A stretch of 64,000 nucleotides of DNA from Deltaproteobacteria bacterium (GTDB lineage: Bacteria; Myxococcota_A; Bradymonadia; REDH01), in the NCBI GenBank assembly GCA_007693585.1, contig REDH01000072.1:77321-141320 (forward strand). Reading direction: 5' to 3'. The notes below the pieces were generated by a model. That model was not told where the DNA came from. It searched no databases and worked only from the letters and a program-made list of their open reading frames with translations. Position 1 is the first letter of the stretch. Every line of letters starts with the position of its first letter. The position numbers were made by a program, and so were the translations under genes. This document shows positions 46,897 to 58,085 of the stretch, one piece after another.

Positions 46897-47487
46897 ATGT
46901 CCTTCATCAACTACTCGTCTCGCGAAATCATCCTCAAGATCGTGTACTACGGTCCTGGACTCTGCGGGAAGACCACGAACATCAAGCACGTGTACGCCAC
47001 GACGAATCCCGACACCCGCGGGAAGCTCATCAGCCTCGAGACGAAGGCCGAGCGTACGCTGTTCTTCGACTTCCTCCCGCTGAGCCTCCCCGCGATCAAG
47101 GGATTCAAGACGCGACTGCACCTGTACACGGTGCCGGGTCAGATCTTCTACTCGGCGTCGCGCAAGCTCATCATGAAGGGCGCCGACGGCGTCATCTTCG
47201 TGGCCGACAGCCAGGAGGAACGCTTCGAGGCCAACCTGATCGCCCTCGATGACCTGAAGGAGAACCTCGAGGCCCACGCCCTCGACATCGAGAAGATCCC
47301 GTTCGTCATCCAGTACAACAAGCGCGATCTGCCCAACGTCACTTCGGTCGAGGAACTCCGCAAGGCCCTGAACCCCATGGGTGTGCCCGACTTCGAGGCC
47401 GCAGCCGCAGCCGACGGTGGGCCGGGGGTGTTCGAGACCCTCAAGGCCGTCGTGAAGATGATCCTCCAGGATCTGCGCAAGCAGTGA
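46897..47487 (+). CDS. mglA: Ras-like small GTPase MglA
   Basis: MSFINYSSREIILKIVYYGPGLCGKTTN...LYTVPGQ...IQYNKRDLPN is nearly colinear with M. xanthus MglA. Confidence 0.9.
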   Translation: MSFINYSSREIILKIVYYGPGLCGKTTNIKHVYATTNPDTRGKLISLETKAERTLFFDFLPLSLPAIKGFKTRLHLYTVPGQIFYSASRKLIMKGADGVIFVADSQEERFEANLIALDDLKENLEAHALDIEKIPFVIQYNKRDLPNVTSVEELRKALNPMGVPDFEAAAAADGGPGVFETLKAVVKMILQDLRKQ

Positions 47488-48488
47488 GTGATGGAGCAGC
47501 GGTATCGGGCCGGCGCGTCGGGCTCCTCCTGAACCCGAACTCGCGACGCAACCGACAGCAGCCCGATCGGGCGCAGCGCCTCGTGACCATGATCGGCCCC
47601 ATCGGGTCAGCGGAGGTCACGCAGCGGGCGCGCGATGTCCCGGATGCGATCGCCCGGCTGCTGGAGACCCGCCCGGACGTCATCGCCATCTGCGGCGGCG
47701 ACGGGACCAACCACCTCGCCCTGACCGCGCTCCGGCACCAACTGGGCGACGATGCCCTTCCCCCCGTCGCGTTCCTCCGCGGAGGAACCATGAACACCGT
47801 GGCCAACGGGCTCGGCATCACCGGCACGCCAGAGCATCTGCTGACCCGACTGATGGAGGCGCCCTACCCGCTCCCGGTACGCCCGGTCGGGCTTCTGGGC
47901 GTGCGCGACGACGTCACCACCCGCTATGGGTTCCTGTTCGGGACAGGCGTCATGGCCCGGTTTCTGGAACTGTACTACGAGGCGCCGGATCCGAACCCGG
48001 TGCACGCCGCGCGAACGCTGACGCGCGTGGTGACAAGCGTGGTCGCCGGTGGCGCCCTCGCCCGATCGCTCCTGCGCACCGAACGAAGCTGCGCCCTGTG
48101 CGACGGCAGCCCCTGGCTGCATGGTCCCACCCGTGGCATCCTCGCCAGCAGTGTTCCCGAGATCGGGCTCGGATTCACCCCCTTCCCCCGATGCGACGAG
48201 GTTCCCGGCCGGTTCCATGCCATCGGGCTGCTCGCCGGACCCACCGACCTCGTGCGTGCCCTGCCCAGCATCTGGCGCGGCAGCCACCCCGGCCGAGAGG
48301 GGCTGCCCGATCGCGTGGCCGGCCAGCTCCGGATCCGGAGCCAGGAAGGGCACGCCTGGGTCCTCGACGGCGACCTCTACCCCTGCCGAGGTGCGCTCGA
48401 TGTCCACTGGGATCAGTCCGTCTCGGTGTTCCAACCGGAACAGCGCAGCGCGCCGTCGACCATGGTTGACCGTCTCCGTTCACGCTGA
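47484..48488 (+). CDS. Diacylglycerol-kinase-catalytic-domain (YegS/LCB5-family) lipid kinase
   Basis: VGLLLNPNSRRNR...VIAICGGDGTNHLALTAL...RGGTMNTVANGLG is the DAGK_cat signature. The ATG overlaps the mglA stop (ATGA). Confidence 0.6.
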   Translation: MSDGAAVSGRRVGLLLNPNSRRNRQQPDRAQRLVTMIGPIGSAEVTQRARDVPDAIARLLETRPDVIAICGGDGTNHLALTALRHQLGDDALPPVAFLRGGTMNTVANGLGITGTPEHLLTRLMEAPYPLPVRPVGLLGVRDDVTTRYGFLFGTGVMARFLELYYEAPDPNPVHAARTLTRVVTSVVAGGALARSLLRTERSCALCDGSPWLHGPTRGILASSVPEIGLGFTPFPRCDEVPGRFHAIGLLAGPTDLVRALPSIWRGSHPGREGLPDRVAGQLRIRSQEGHAWVLDGDLYPCRGALDVHWDQSVSVFQPEQRSAPSTMVDRLRSR

Positions 48489-48563
48489 TACCCCGCATCA
48501 AGGTTCACCGAGGATCGGACGTGACCCATCACGTGTGCACAGCTAATTCTTCAGGATGTCCCG

Positions 48564-49331
48564 ATGAAATTGGAGTTCGCAGGCCAGACGGACGTTGGCC
48601 GCAAGCGTGGCCACAATGAGGACAACTTCCTCATTCTAGCCGACTACAACCTGTTCCTGGTGGCCGACGGGATGGGGGGACATTCCGCTGGTGAGGTCGC
48701 GTCGCTCATGGCCGTCGAGAGCGTGGCGGAGTTCTTCAAGGACACCGCCGAGGACCAGGATGTCACCTGGCCCTTCAAGCAGGACAAGGGCTTGTCCTGG
48801 GAGGAGAACCGCCTGTCCACAGGCGTGAAGCTCGCCAACCTCCGGATCCACGAGAGCGCGGCTTCCAACTCCGAACGACGAGGCATGGGGACCACCCTCG
48901 TCTGTACCTACTTCTCCCGAAAGAACGTCATCATCGGCCATGTCGGGGACTCCCGCGTCTATCGCATCCGGGATCGGAAGATCGAGATGCTGACCGAAGA
49001 CCACTCCCTCCTGAACGACTACCTCAAGATGAAGGAGCTCACGCAGGAGGAAATCGACAACTTCCCGCACAAGAACGTCATCGTGCGGGCCCTCGGAATG
49101 AAGGAGAGCGTTCAGGTCGATGTCATCACGGACAGCCCGCGCATCGACGACATCTACCTCCTCTGCTCCGACGGCCTTTCCGGCATGATCGAAGACCCGG
49201 AAGTGCTCCAGTGCGTGCTCGATGCCAACGGTGACCTCAAGGATGCCTGCCAGCGCCTCATCGACGCCGCAAACGCCAATGGCGGGGTCGACAACATCAC
49301 CTGTGCCCTGATCAAGGTCCTGCAGGTCTGA
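48564..49331 (+). CDS. PP2C-family Ser/Thr protein phosphatase
   Basis: GQTDVGRKRGHNEDNF...VADGMGGHSAGEVAS...RGMGTTLV...LLCSDGLSGMI...GGVDNITCALIKV are PP2C motifs. Confidence 0.85.
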   Translation: MKLEFAGQTDVGRKRGHNEDNFLILADYNLFLVADGMGGHSAGEVASLMAVESVAEFFKDTAEDQDVTWPFKQDKGLSWEENRLSTGVKLANLRIHESAASNSERRGMGTTLVCTYFSRKNVIIGHVGDSRVYRIRDRKIEMLTEDHSLLNDYLKMKELTQEEIDNFPHKNVIVRALGMKESVQVDVITDSPRIDDIYLLCSDGLSGMIEDPEVLQCVLDANGDLKDACQRLIDAANANGGVDNITCALIKVLQV

Positions 49332-49503
49332 TCGAGAGCCCGGGAGCGGGTCGGCCGCAAGCCAGGACACCGCAGGCAGCCACGTGTCCGGTTGGCGTGC
49401 TGCTCGGACCCTGCCCGCTGCGGCCCCTCCACAGGTCTCGGCGCCGCGGCCGCAACGGCCCGAAACATCTCCGCTGCCCGCTCACTCACGCTGGCCCGCT
49501 CCC

Positions 49504-50553
49504 TCAGCCCCAGCGCACCCCGCGGCTGGCCACCAGCACGCGCTGGCGAACCACGCCTTCGGCCACCGCGCCGTGAGACAGGACACTCTGCTCGACGCGA
49601 GCACCCTCGATCACACGGCAACCACCGCCGATGACCGTTCCGGACCCGATCACCGCTCCGGGTTCGACCCAGGCCCTGGACGACACGAACGCGTGGGGGC
49701 TCACCACGGCGCCACGTCCGATGCGTGTGGTGTCCCCGATCCAGCATCCGGATCCGTCCGGCGCACCGTGCGGCCAGAGGTCCCCGAGCAGCGAGGGCTG
49801 CTCGAGGACGAGGCGCGTCGCCTGCGCGAATCGTCGCGGGGTACCCAGATCGGCCCAGAACCCGTCGTGGCGATGGGCCGCGATCGTGGCACCCTCCGCC
49901 ATCGCCCGACCGATTCCGTGACGAATCACGCAGCCGTTCTCCCTGGGCAGCCGGTCGATCAACGAAGCGTCCACCACGGATATCCCGGCAAAGGTGACCG
50001 CATCGGAGGACTCCAGGTCCGGCGCGTACCAGGGCTCTTCGGGACCGGGAAGTTCCACGACGAAGTGCCCCTTCGGACCGAGACGCACCGGAGACTCTCC
50101 CGCGACCGCCGGCAGCACGACCATGGTGGCGAGAGCCGAGGTCCGCCGGTGGACCTTGACGAGTTGCTCGAGCGGAAAGTCGGCGACGACATCCCCGTTG
50201 ATCACGACGATGGGGCCTTCCGGCGAGCCCATCGCCTCCCAGACCCCGCGCAGGCCCCCGGCGGTCCCACGAAGATCCTGCTCCTCCTCGACGAGGAACT
50301 TCGGTGGGGGCGTTGCCGCGGTTCGCTCGATGCGTGCGGCCTCCTCCCGGGTCCACGCCCTGAAGAGATCCGCCTGCCGATGAACGTTGAGCCCGATTCG
50401 GTGAATCCCCAGCGTGGTGATGGCACGGGTCGCGAAGGAGACGATCGGCACGTCGACGAAGTGCAGCAGCGGCTTGGGCACCACGTCGGTCAGCGGACTC
50501 AGACGGGTCCCGAGACCGGCACACAGGAGGATGGCAGCAGCAGGGGAGGTCAT
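49504..50553 (-). CDS. Sugar-1-phosphate nucleotidyltransferase (MurU/GMPP-like) with a C-terminal left-handed beta-helix
   Basis: MTSPAAAILLCAGLGTRLSPLTDVVPKPLL is the NTP-transferase G-x-G-T-R motif. The C-terminus has hexapeptide repeats. The ATG overlaps the upstream kinase stop (ATGA at 50550-50553). Confidence 0.65.
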   Translation of the reverse strand: MTSPAAAILLCAGLGTRLSPLTDVVPKPLLHFVDVPIVSFATRAITTLGIHRIGLNVHRQADLFRAWTREEAARIERTAATPPPKFLVEEEQDLRGTAGGLRGVWEAMGSPEGPIVVINGDVVADFPLEQLVKVHRRTSALATMVVLPAVAGESPVRLGPKGHFVVELPGPEEPWYAPDLESSDAVTFAGISVVDASLIDRLPRENGCVIRHGIGRAMAEGATIAAHRHDGFWADLGTPRRFAQATRLVLEQPSLLGDLWPHGAPDGSGCWIGDTTRIGRGAVVSPHAFVSSRAWVEPGAVIGSGTVIGGGCRVIEGARVEQSVLSHGAVAEGVVRQRVLVASRGVRWG

Positions 50554-51638
50554 GATCGGCGAAATCCGGGGTCGACGTGCGCAAGCAGAGGGCGGAGTTC
50601 GAAGGGATCCCCCGTCGCGCTCAGCGCGGAGTCCACAGCACGGAGCGAATCCGGGATCCAGCGCAGGAAACCCGGATTGCCGCGCATACGGTCGATGAAG
50701 ACGAACCGCCCCGCATCCTTGAGCTTGCGCTGTACGGTCTGCAGGTGGAACGCCCTGTGGAGTTGCGCCTCGTTCCAGCCCTGCGCAAGGGGCGTCGCGG
50801 CCACCTCCCGACACCAGCGGTCGAGCTGTGCCTCGAACAGCGCCTCGGGCAGGGGCACGTAGCTGTCCCGCAGGAAGGCCACGGCGTCGTAGGGCAACGG
50901 GCCGAGCATGGCATCCTGAAAGTCGATGACCACCAGCTCCGGCGGCTCCCGGTCCGCCAGGACCATGAGGTTGTGGCTCTGGAAGTCGCGATGGATCACC
51001 GTCCGGGGAATCGTCAGCAGGGACTCCACCAGCGCATCGCACGCCTCGGCGAAGGCACTGCGCCAGCCGGGGTCGGGGGCCACACCCAGTTCCTGCTCCA
51101 CGCGCCACTCGAGATAGTGATCCAGCTCCCAGCGCAGGAGATCGCCGGTGAATGCGCGGCCGGAGATGACCCCGGGAGGCACGACGCTCGACGTTCGGCG
51201 CATGAACGAGAGGAGCTCGCCGACGCCCCACGAGTAGGCCGCGTCCAGGTCCGTGCCCTTCCCCGCCGTCGCCCAGCGGTCGAAGTCGGTGTCGCCGGCG
51301 TCCTCGAGCACGATCGCGCGCGACTCTTCGTGAACACCGTGAACATGCGGTACCCGGACACCGACTCTCTCCAGGAACGCAGCGACCTCGATGAACGGCT
51401 CCTCGGCCGTGCGACCGACCGGCGACGCACCGGCTTCGGACGCGACTTCTCCGGCGGCGGGCAGCAGCATGACGACCAGTTGTTCGTCCTCCACACGGGC
51501 GCGCACATAGCGCCGCGGGGACGCGTGTGCCGGCATCGCCTCCAGTGAACACGCATCGCGCTCCAGCACGGCTGCGATCGCTGCCGACGCCCGCAGGCAC
51601 AGTCGCTCCGCCTCCTCTCTCGACACCTCGGATGCCAC
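50550..51638 (-). CDS. Phosphotransferase (APH/ChoK-like) family kinase, AmgK-like anomeric sugar kinase candidate
   Basis: VIHRDFQSHNLMV is the catalytic HxDxxxxN, with a downstream IDFQD (DFG-equivalent). Coupled to the downstream nucleotidyltransferase. Confidence 0.6.
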   Translation of the reverse strand: MASEVSREEAERLCLRASAAIAAVLERDACSLEAMPAHASPRRYVRARVEDEQLVVMLLPAAGEVASEAGASPVGRTAEEPFIEVAAFLERVGVRVPHVHGVHEESRAIVLEDAGDTDFDRWATAGKGTDLDAAYSWGVGELLSFMRRTSSVVPPGVISGRAFTGDLLRWELDHYLEWRVEQELGVAPDPGWRSAFAEACDALVESLLTIPRTVIHRDFQSHNLMVLADREPPELVVIDFQDAMLGPLPYDAVAFLRDSYVPLPEALFEAQLDRWCREVAATPLAQGWNEAQLHRAFHLQTVQRKLKDAGRFVFIDRMRGNPGFLRWIPDSLRAVDSALSATGDPFELRPLLAHVDPGFRRS

Positions 51639-51693
51639 GACCTGCTTCTCCCGTCAGCCCGCCCTCGCTCCTTCATAGCCGGGCGATGCGGTC

Positions 51694-53280
51694 TTGCCCA
51701 GTTTCCCCCTCGGGTTGCCCCGCGCGCCCTTGCACTCCGAGGTGGTTCCTGCACATCTGCGGTTGGCCACCGCCTCCCCCGACCCTGTGCGCTCCGTGTC
51801 CACCCTGCTCTACGGCATCCACCTTCTCCTGCTCGGTCTGCTCTGCCTCTCGGCGCTGTCGCGGGTGCTGATGCTCTGGCCTGCGCGGCTGCGGCGAGCA
51901 GGTGGCGAACCCCCAGCCCCGCTCGCGGGTGATGACGTTCCGGAGGTGCTGGTGCAGTTGCCCCTGTACAACGAGCCTCTGGTCGCCGAGCGCCTTCTCC
52001 GGTCGTGCGCGCACCTCGACTGGCCCCGCCACCGGCTCGTGCTCCAGGTGCTCGATGACTCCACGGACGCGACGGCAGGGATCGTCGATGCCGTTTCGAG
52101 TGAGCTTCGGTCAAACGGGGTCCGGATCGATGTGGTGCGCCGTCGCACGCGCGAGGGATTCAAGGCGGGTGCACTCGCCGCGGGGCTGCGCCACAGCGAG
52201 GCTTCGCTGATCGCCATCTTCGATGCGGACTTCATCCCGCCCCGCGACTTCCTGCGCCGCATGGTCCCATCCCTCGACGATCCGGAAGCCGGACTGGTCC
52301 AGGCACGCTGGGCGCATCTGAACGCCGACCGCAATCTGCTCACCGCCGCACAGGCCGCGCTCCTCGACGGGCACTTTCAGGTCGAGCAGCGGGCACGCTT
52401 CCACCGGGGACACTTCTTCAACTTCAACGGCACCGCAGGCCTGTGGCGCCGTCAGGCGATCGAGGACGCCGGGGGCTGGCAGGCAGACACCCTCACCGAG
52501 GACCTGGATCTCAGCTATCGCGCCCAGCTCGCGGGGTGGCGGTTCGTGTACCGCGACGATGTCGCGGTCCCGGCGGAGCTGCCGACGACCCTCGATGCCT
52601 TCCGCACGCAACAACGGCGCTGGGCCAAGGGGGGACTGGAGACGCTGCGGAAGCTCGCGCGACCGATTCTGCGCTCCCGGTACTCCCTTCGTCTGAAGCT
52701 CGCTGCGCTGGCTCACCTCTCGGCCAACGCGAACTACATCCTCCTCGCGGGTGTGGCCATCACCCTTCCGCTGCTCGCGTTCATTCGTCCCGACCGCGCG
52801 TTTCCGGTCGTGCATGGCGGCATGCTCCTTGTGGGGCTCGGTGGGGCGGCGCTGTTCACCCTGCTCTGCCAGCGCACCGTGCCCTGGCGCCAGCGACTCC
52901 TTCGCACTCCGCTGGCGCTGCTGCTGGACGTCGGCATCGCGCATCAGAAGGCGGCCGCCGCCATCGAGGCGCTGCGCGGACGGCGGACGCCGTTCGTACG
53001 CACGCCGAAGTCGGGGGACGTCGGAACTCCGGCGGTCTCGACCCGAGAGTCCACTACAGCAGAGGATGTCGGGCGGGCGCCCGGCTTTCACGCGGAGCCC
53101 CTGTGGGCCCTGTGGAGCACGATGGGTGCGGCGGCTGCGCTCTCCTCGCCGGATCTGATTCACGGCGCCTTCCTGCTCGCGTTCGCGCTCGCCCAGGCGA
53201 CGGTCGGCCTGACCGCACGGCGCCACCGCCTCGAGGTGGCCGACACGGCCGTGCGATCTCCAGTGGCCGCAGGTGCCTGA
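51694..53280 (+). CDS. Family 2 glycosyltransferase (processive, cellulose/hyaluronan-synthase-like) with N- and C-terminal TM segments
   Basis: LVQLPLYNE...QVLDDSTD...AIFDADF (DxD) ...TEDLDLSYR...FRTQQRRW (QxxRW). Start position uncertain. Confidence 0.7.
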   Translation: MPSFPLGLPRAPLHSEVVPAHLRLATASPDPVRSVSTLLYGIHLLLLGLLCLSALSRVLMLWPARLRRAGGEPPAPLAGDDVPEVLVQLPLYNEPLVAERLLRSCAHLDWPRHRLVLQVLDDSTDATAGIVDAVSSELRSNGVRIDVVRRRTREGFKAGALAAGLRHSEASLIAIFDADFIPPRDFLRRMVPSLDDPEAGLVQARWAHLNADRNLLTAAQAALLDGHFQVEQRARFHRGHFFNFNGTAGLWRRQAIEDAGGWQADTLTEDLDLSYRAQLAGWRFVYRDDVAVPAELPTTLDAFRTQQRRWAKGGLETLRKLARPILRSRYSLRLKLAALAHLSANANYILLAGVAITLPLLAFIRPDRAFPVVHGGMLLVGLGGAALFTLLCQRTVPWRQRLLRTPLALLLDVGIAHQKAAAAIEALRGRRTPFVRTPKSGDVGTPAVSTRESTTAEDVGRAPGFHAEPLWALWSTMGAAAALSSPDLIHGAFLLAFALAQATVGLTARRHRLEVADTAVRSPVAAGA

Positions 53281-54766
53281 GTCCTGTGCTTCCGCCGAGA
53301 CACGGCGGCCCCCGTCCGCGGAGGTCACGCTGCTCGCCGTCTGTCTGCTGGCCATCCCAATCCTGGCATGGTGGGCTCCGGTCGGGCCCGTCTGGCACGC
53401 CGCAACGGGACCGGCGGCGCTGGTGATCCTTGGAGTCGCCTGTGCGGGGGCCCTCGTGCATCTGCGCATCGTGCTGCGCGGGCGCCCGGGGCTGTCGATC
53501 GCGGACCGGCGACTGCTGCTGGGCAGTGCCCTGGCATCCCACGGCCTGCTCTGGCCACTTCCCCCGCTCTTCAGCAACGACCTGTACCGGTACCTGTTCG
53601 ACGGCCGGCTTTCGGCGGCGGGACTCTCGCCGTTCGCCTACGCTCCGGCCAACCCGAAGGTGACCGATGTGTCCGCGGGGCTTCTCCCGGCGATCAACCA
53701 TCCGGAGATGGTGACCATCTATCCGCCGGTGGCGCAGGGGCTGTTCCTCGTGGCGGCGCTGCTCGGCGGCACGGTGCTGCTCTGGAAGGCGTTCGGGCTG
53801 GTTGCGCTGGGGGGCGCCGCGGCGCTGCTCGATCGCGGCACGGAGCGGCCCCTCGGGGTGCTTCTGCTGTCGCACCCGCTGGTGCTGATCGCGGTGGCCT
53901 CCCACGGGCATGTGGATGTGTTCGGGCTGCTCGCGATGGTCGCGGCGATGGCGGCGTGGCGCGCGAGGAGGCCGGTGCTGTCGGGTCTGGCCATCGCCGC
54001 CGCCGCGGGGCTGAAGATTTTCCCGCTGGGGTTGCCGATGGCGCTGACACCGCGTTTCGGAATCGCGCGGGCCCTGGCCGGCGTGCTGGTTGTCGGCGTG
54101 CTGCTCGGCCTGTCCTACTTCCCGCTGGTGCTGCGGGCCTCGGCGCCCCCCATCGGTTCACTCGGGGAGTACGCTGCCCGATGGGAGTACAACGCTGGGG
54201 CCTGGCGGGGCCTGCGGGCGGTCGCCTGCGGCGCGATGGCGCTCGGGGGTGCGCCGGAGGTGATCCGCGTGCCGCGCGAGCGGATACCGGCGCCTCTTCG
54301 GCCCGCGCCGAGGCCGGTGCACGGGGCGCTGGACGACGCAGTGTCGCTCTCGCGTGCGCAGCTCGCGTGGTGGCTCGCTCGTTCCGCGTCGTTGCTGGTC
54401 CTCGTGGGGACCCTTCTGGCCTGCGTGAGGAGCCGGCTGTCTGCGGCGGCGACCGCACGGTGGCTGCTGCTGATGCTGTTTCTCACCTCGCCGACCGTGC
54501 ATCCCTGGTACCTGCTCTGGCTTCTGCCGTGGGCGCTGCGCGACCGGTGCGTCCCCTCACTGGTGTTCTGCGCGACGGGGGTGGCGGGGTTCGGCGGTCC
54601 GGCGCTCGAGGCAGCGGGATGGGGCTGGAGGGATCCGGCGGCGATGGCGTTCGCGGTCCATGGCCCCGTCTGGCTCACGCTGCTCTGGACCGCTGTGCGT
54701 GCAGCAGGTATTCCACGTTGCCTCCGGGACCGTGGGTGTCGCAGTCCGTCCCGTCGAGGATCGTGA
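53273..54766 (+). CDS. Polytopic membrane protein, DUF2029/GT87-like glycosyltransferase candidate
   Basis: More than 10 predicted TM segments. NDLYRYLFDGRL...GLSPFAYAP resembles the DUF2029 signature. GLKIFPLGL. The start is uncertain and may be an internal Met. The 3' end overlaps tlyA convergently by about 90 bp. Confidence 0.45.
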   Translation: MPESCASAETRRPPSAEVTLLAVCLLAIPILAWWAPVGPVWHAATGPAALVILGVACAGALVHLRIVLRGRPGLSIADRRLLLGSALASHGLLWPLPPLFSNDLYRYLFDGRLSAAGLSPFAYAPANPKVTDVSAGLLPAINHPEMVTIYPPVAQGLFLVAALLGGTVLLWKAFGLVALGGAAALLDRGTERPLGVLLLSHPLVLIAVASHGHVDVFGLLAMVAAMAAWRARRPVLSGLAIAAAAGLKIFPLGLPMALTPRFGIARALAGVLVVGVLLGLSYFPLVLRASAPPIGSLGEYAARWEYNAGAWRGLRAVACGAMALGGAPEVIRVPRERIPAPLRPAPRPVHGALDDAVSLSRAQLAWWLARSASLLVLVGTLLACVRSRLSAAATARWLLLMLFLTSPTVHPWYLLWLLPWALRDRCVPSLVFCATGVAGFGGPALEAAGWGWRDPAAMAFAVHGPVWLTLLWTAVRAAGIPRCLRDRGCRSPSRRGS

Positions 54767-55430
54767 AGCCCAGGGCGGCGATGGACTCGACCGACTCGCG
54801 GATGGCGCCCTCGCGAATCCCCGGGTCACGGACGATGCCCCCCTTTCCGACGCCGTCTCGTCCGGCCTCGAATTGCGGCTTGATGAGGGCCACGAGGTGG
54901 GCGTCGGATCGCATCCAGACGAGGGCCGGCGCGATGACCTTGACGGCGGCGATGAAGGAGCAGTCCACCACGACGAGATCGACGGGTTCGGGGATGGCGT
55001 CCGCGGGCATCCGGCGGATGTTCGTGCGTTCGATGACGATGACTCGGTCGTCCTGGCGCAGGCTCCAGGCGAGCTGTCCGTAGCCGACGTCGACGGCGTA
55101 CACCCGGGCCGCTCCGTGCTGCAGCACGCAGTCGGTGAATCCTCCGGTGGAGGCGCCGATGTCGAGGCAGACCGCGCCGTCGACGGGCACGTCGAAGGTG
55201 CGGAGGGCCTGCTCGAGCTTGAGTCCGCCTCTCGACACGTAGGGCAGGCGCTGTCCCACGAGCTCGACGGTGGCGTCGTCGCGCACGGGGGTGCCTGCCT
55301 TGGTGACGGGCTGGCCGTTCACGCGCACCTCCCCGGCGAGGATTCGCGCCCGGGCGCGCTCGCGGCTGTCCTCGAGCCCGCGTTCGACGAGGAGCCGGTC
55401 GAGCCGCAATCGCGGACGGCTAGGAGGCAT
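54675..55430 (-). CDS. tlyA: TlyA-family rRNA 2'-O-methyltransferase (S4 domain plus FtsJ-like MTase)
   Basis: RLDRLLVERGLEDSRERARARILAGEVRVNGQPV is the S4 domain. CLDIGASTGGFTDCVLQHGAARVYAVDVGYGQL is the SAM motif. Start at MPPSRPRL. Confidence 0.8.
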   Translation of the reverse strand: MPPSRPRLRLDRLLVERGLEDSRERARARILAGEVRVNGQPVTKAGTPVRDDATVELVGQRLPYVSRGGLKLEQALRTFDVPVDGAVCLDIGASTGGFTDCVLQHGAARVYAVDVGYGQLAWSLRQDDRVIVIERTNIRRMPADAIPEPVDLVVVDCSFIAAVKVIAPALVWMRSDAHLVALIKPQFEAGRDGVGKGGIVRDPGIREGAIRESVESIAALGFTILDGTDCDTHGPGGNVEYLLHAQRSRAA

Positions 55431-56298
55431 GGTGCTGGGGAACGCGGTCCTGCACGGCGCGGGCGAGGGCCCGGAGGGGGTAGGCGTGTTGCTCGAGAGG
55501 CGCGAGCGCCTCGAGCGCGGTGGTGGTGCACCGGGCGAGCAGGCGGAGGGTCTCCTCGCGGCCGAGGAGCGCCACGAGGTTGACGTCATCCTCGTGGGCG
55601 GAGGTCGGGTCGGCATTGTCGAGGAGGTCGTCGGCGACCTGGAAGGCTTCGCCGATGGCGGCGCCGAAGCGGGCCATGGCGTCGACGAGGGGTTGGGGGG
55701 ATCGGGCGACCTCGGCGGCCATGGTGGTTGCGGCCACGAAGAGGGCGCCGGTCTTTTCCGCGTGCATCGTGCGGAAGGCTTCTGCGGATCGTTCGGGGAC
55801 ACGGATGTCGCGGACCTGCCCTCCCACCATGCCGCTGGCTCCTGCGGCGGTGGCGAGGTGCCGTGCGCAGGCGGTACGGGTGGGATGGGGGAGGCGCTCG
55901 TCGCAGGCGATCACGAGGAAGGCCTCGGTGAGCAGGGCATCGCCGGCGAGGATGGCGATGTCTTCACCGTGGACCCGGTGGAGGGTCGGTCGGCCACGCC
56001 GTTCGTCGTCGTCATCCATGCACGGGAGATCGTCGTGCACGAGGCTGTAGGTGTGGACGAGCTCGAGGGCGAGGGCGGGCGCGAGCGCATCCTCGGCCTG
56101 CGCGCCGAGGGCAGTGCAGGTGGCGAGGCACAGGACGGGGCGGATGCGCTTGCCGCCGCCGAGGAGCGCGTAGCGCATGGCGTCCGGGAGGGGTTCCGGG
56201 CCATGGAGCCGGCGTGCGATGTCGTCGAGCCCTCGCTCCACGCGTTCCAGGTGGTGCGCGAAGTGGGCGCCGAGGGCGTTGGCGAGGGGGTCGACCAT
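55420..56298 (-). CDS. ispA: Polyprenyl (farnesyl/geranyl) diphosphate synthase
   Basis: First DDxxD LVHDDLPCMDDDDERRG, second QVADDLLD, KTGALF. Only the C-terminal 292 aa of the 667-aa ORF are homologous. Start at MVDPLANAL. Confidence 0.8.
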   Translation of the reverse strand: MVDPLANALGAHFAHHLERVERGLDDIARRLHGPEPLPDAMRYALLGGGKRIRPVLCLATCTALGAQAEDALAPALALELVHTYSLVHDDLPCMDDDDERRGRPTLHRVHGEDIAILAGDALLTEAFLVIACDERLPHPTRTACARHLATAAGASGMVGGQVRDIRVPERSAEAFRTMHAEKTGALFVAATTMAAEVARSPQPLVDAMARFGAAIGEAFQVADDLLDNADPTSAHEDDVNLVALLGREETLRLLARCTTTALEALAPLEQHAYPLRALARAVQDRVPQHHAS

Positions 56299-56309
56299 CG
56301 TGGGGGGGT

Positions 56310-57899
<1,590 letters not shown>

Positions 57900-58085
57900 G
57901 GGTCCTCCTGACGGCCTTGTGCAGTCGCGGGTGGATCGAGGTCATGAACAGCGGGCGGGTCCCGATGCGTCGGGACGGCCGTGGCGCCGGGCGCTCGCTG
58001 CCGTGGTGGGTCCCGGGGATAGCGCAGGACCGGCCTGTTGTCTACGGGGAGGGAGGTCCGGGGTGGCGGGAGCAGCCCGGGTCGC

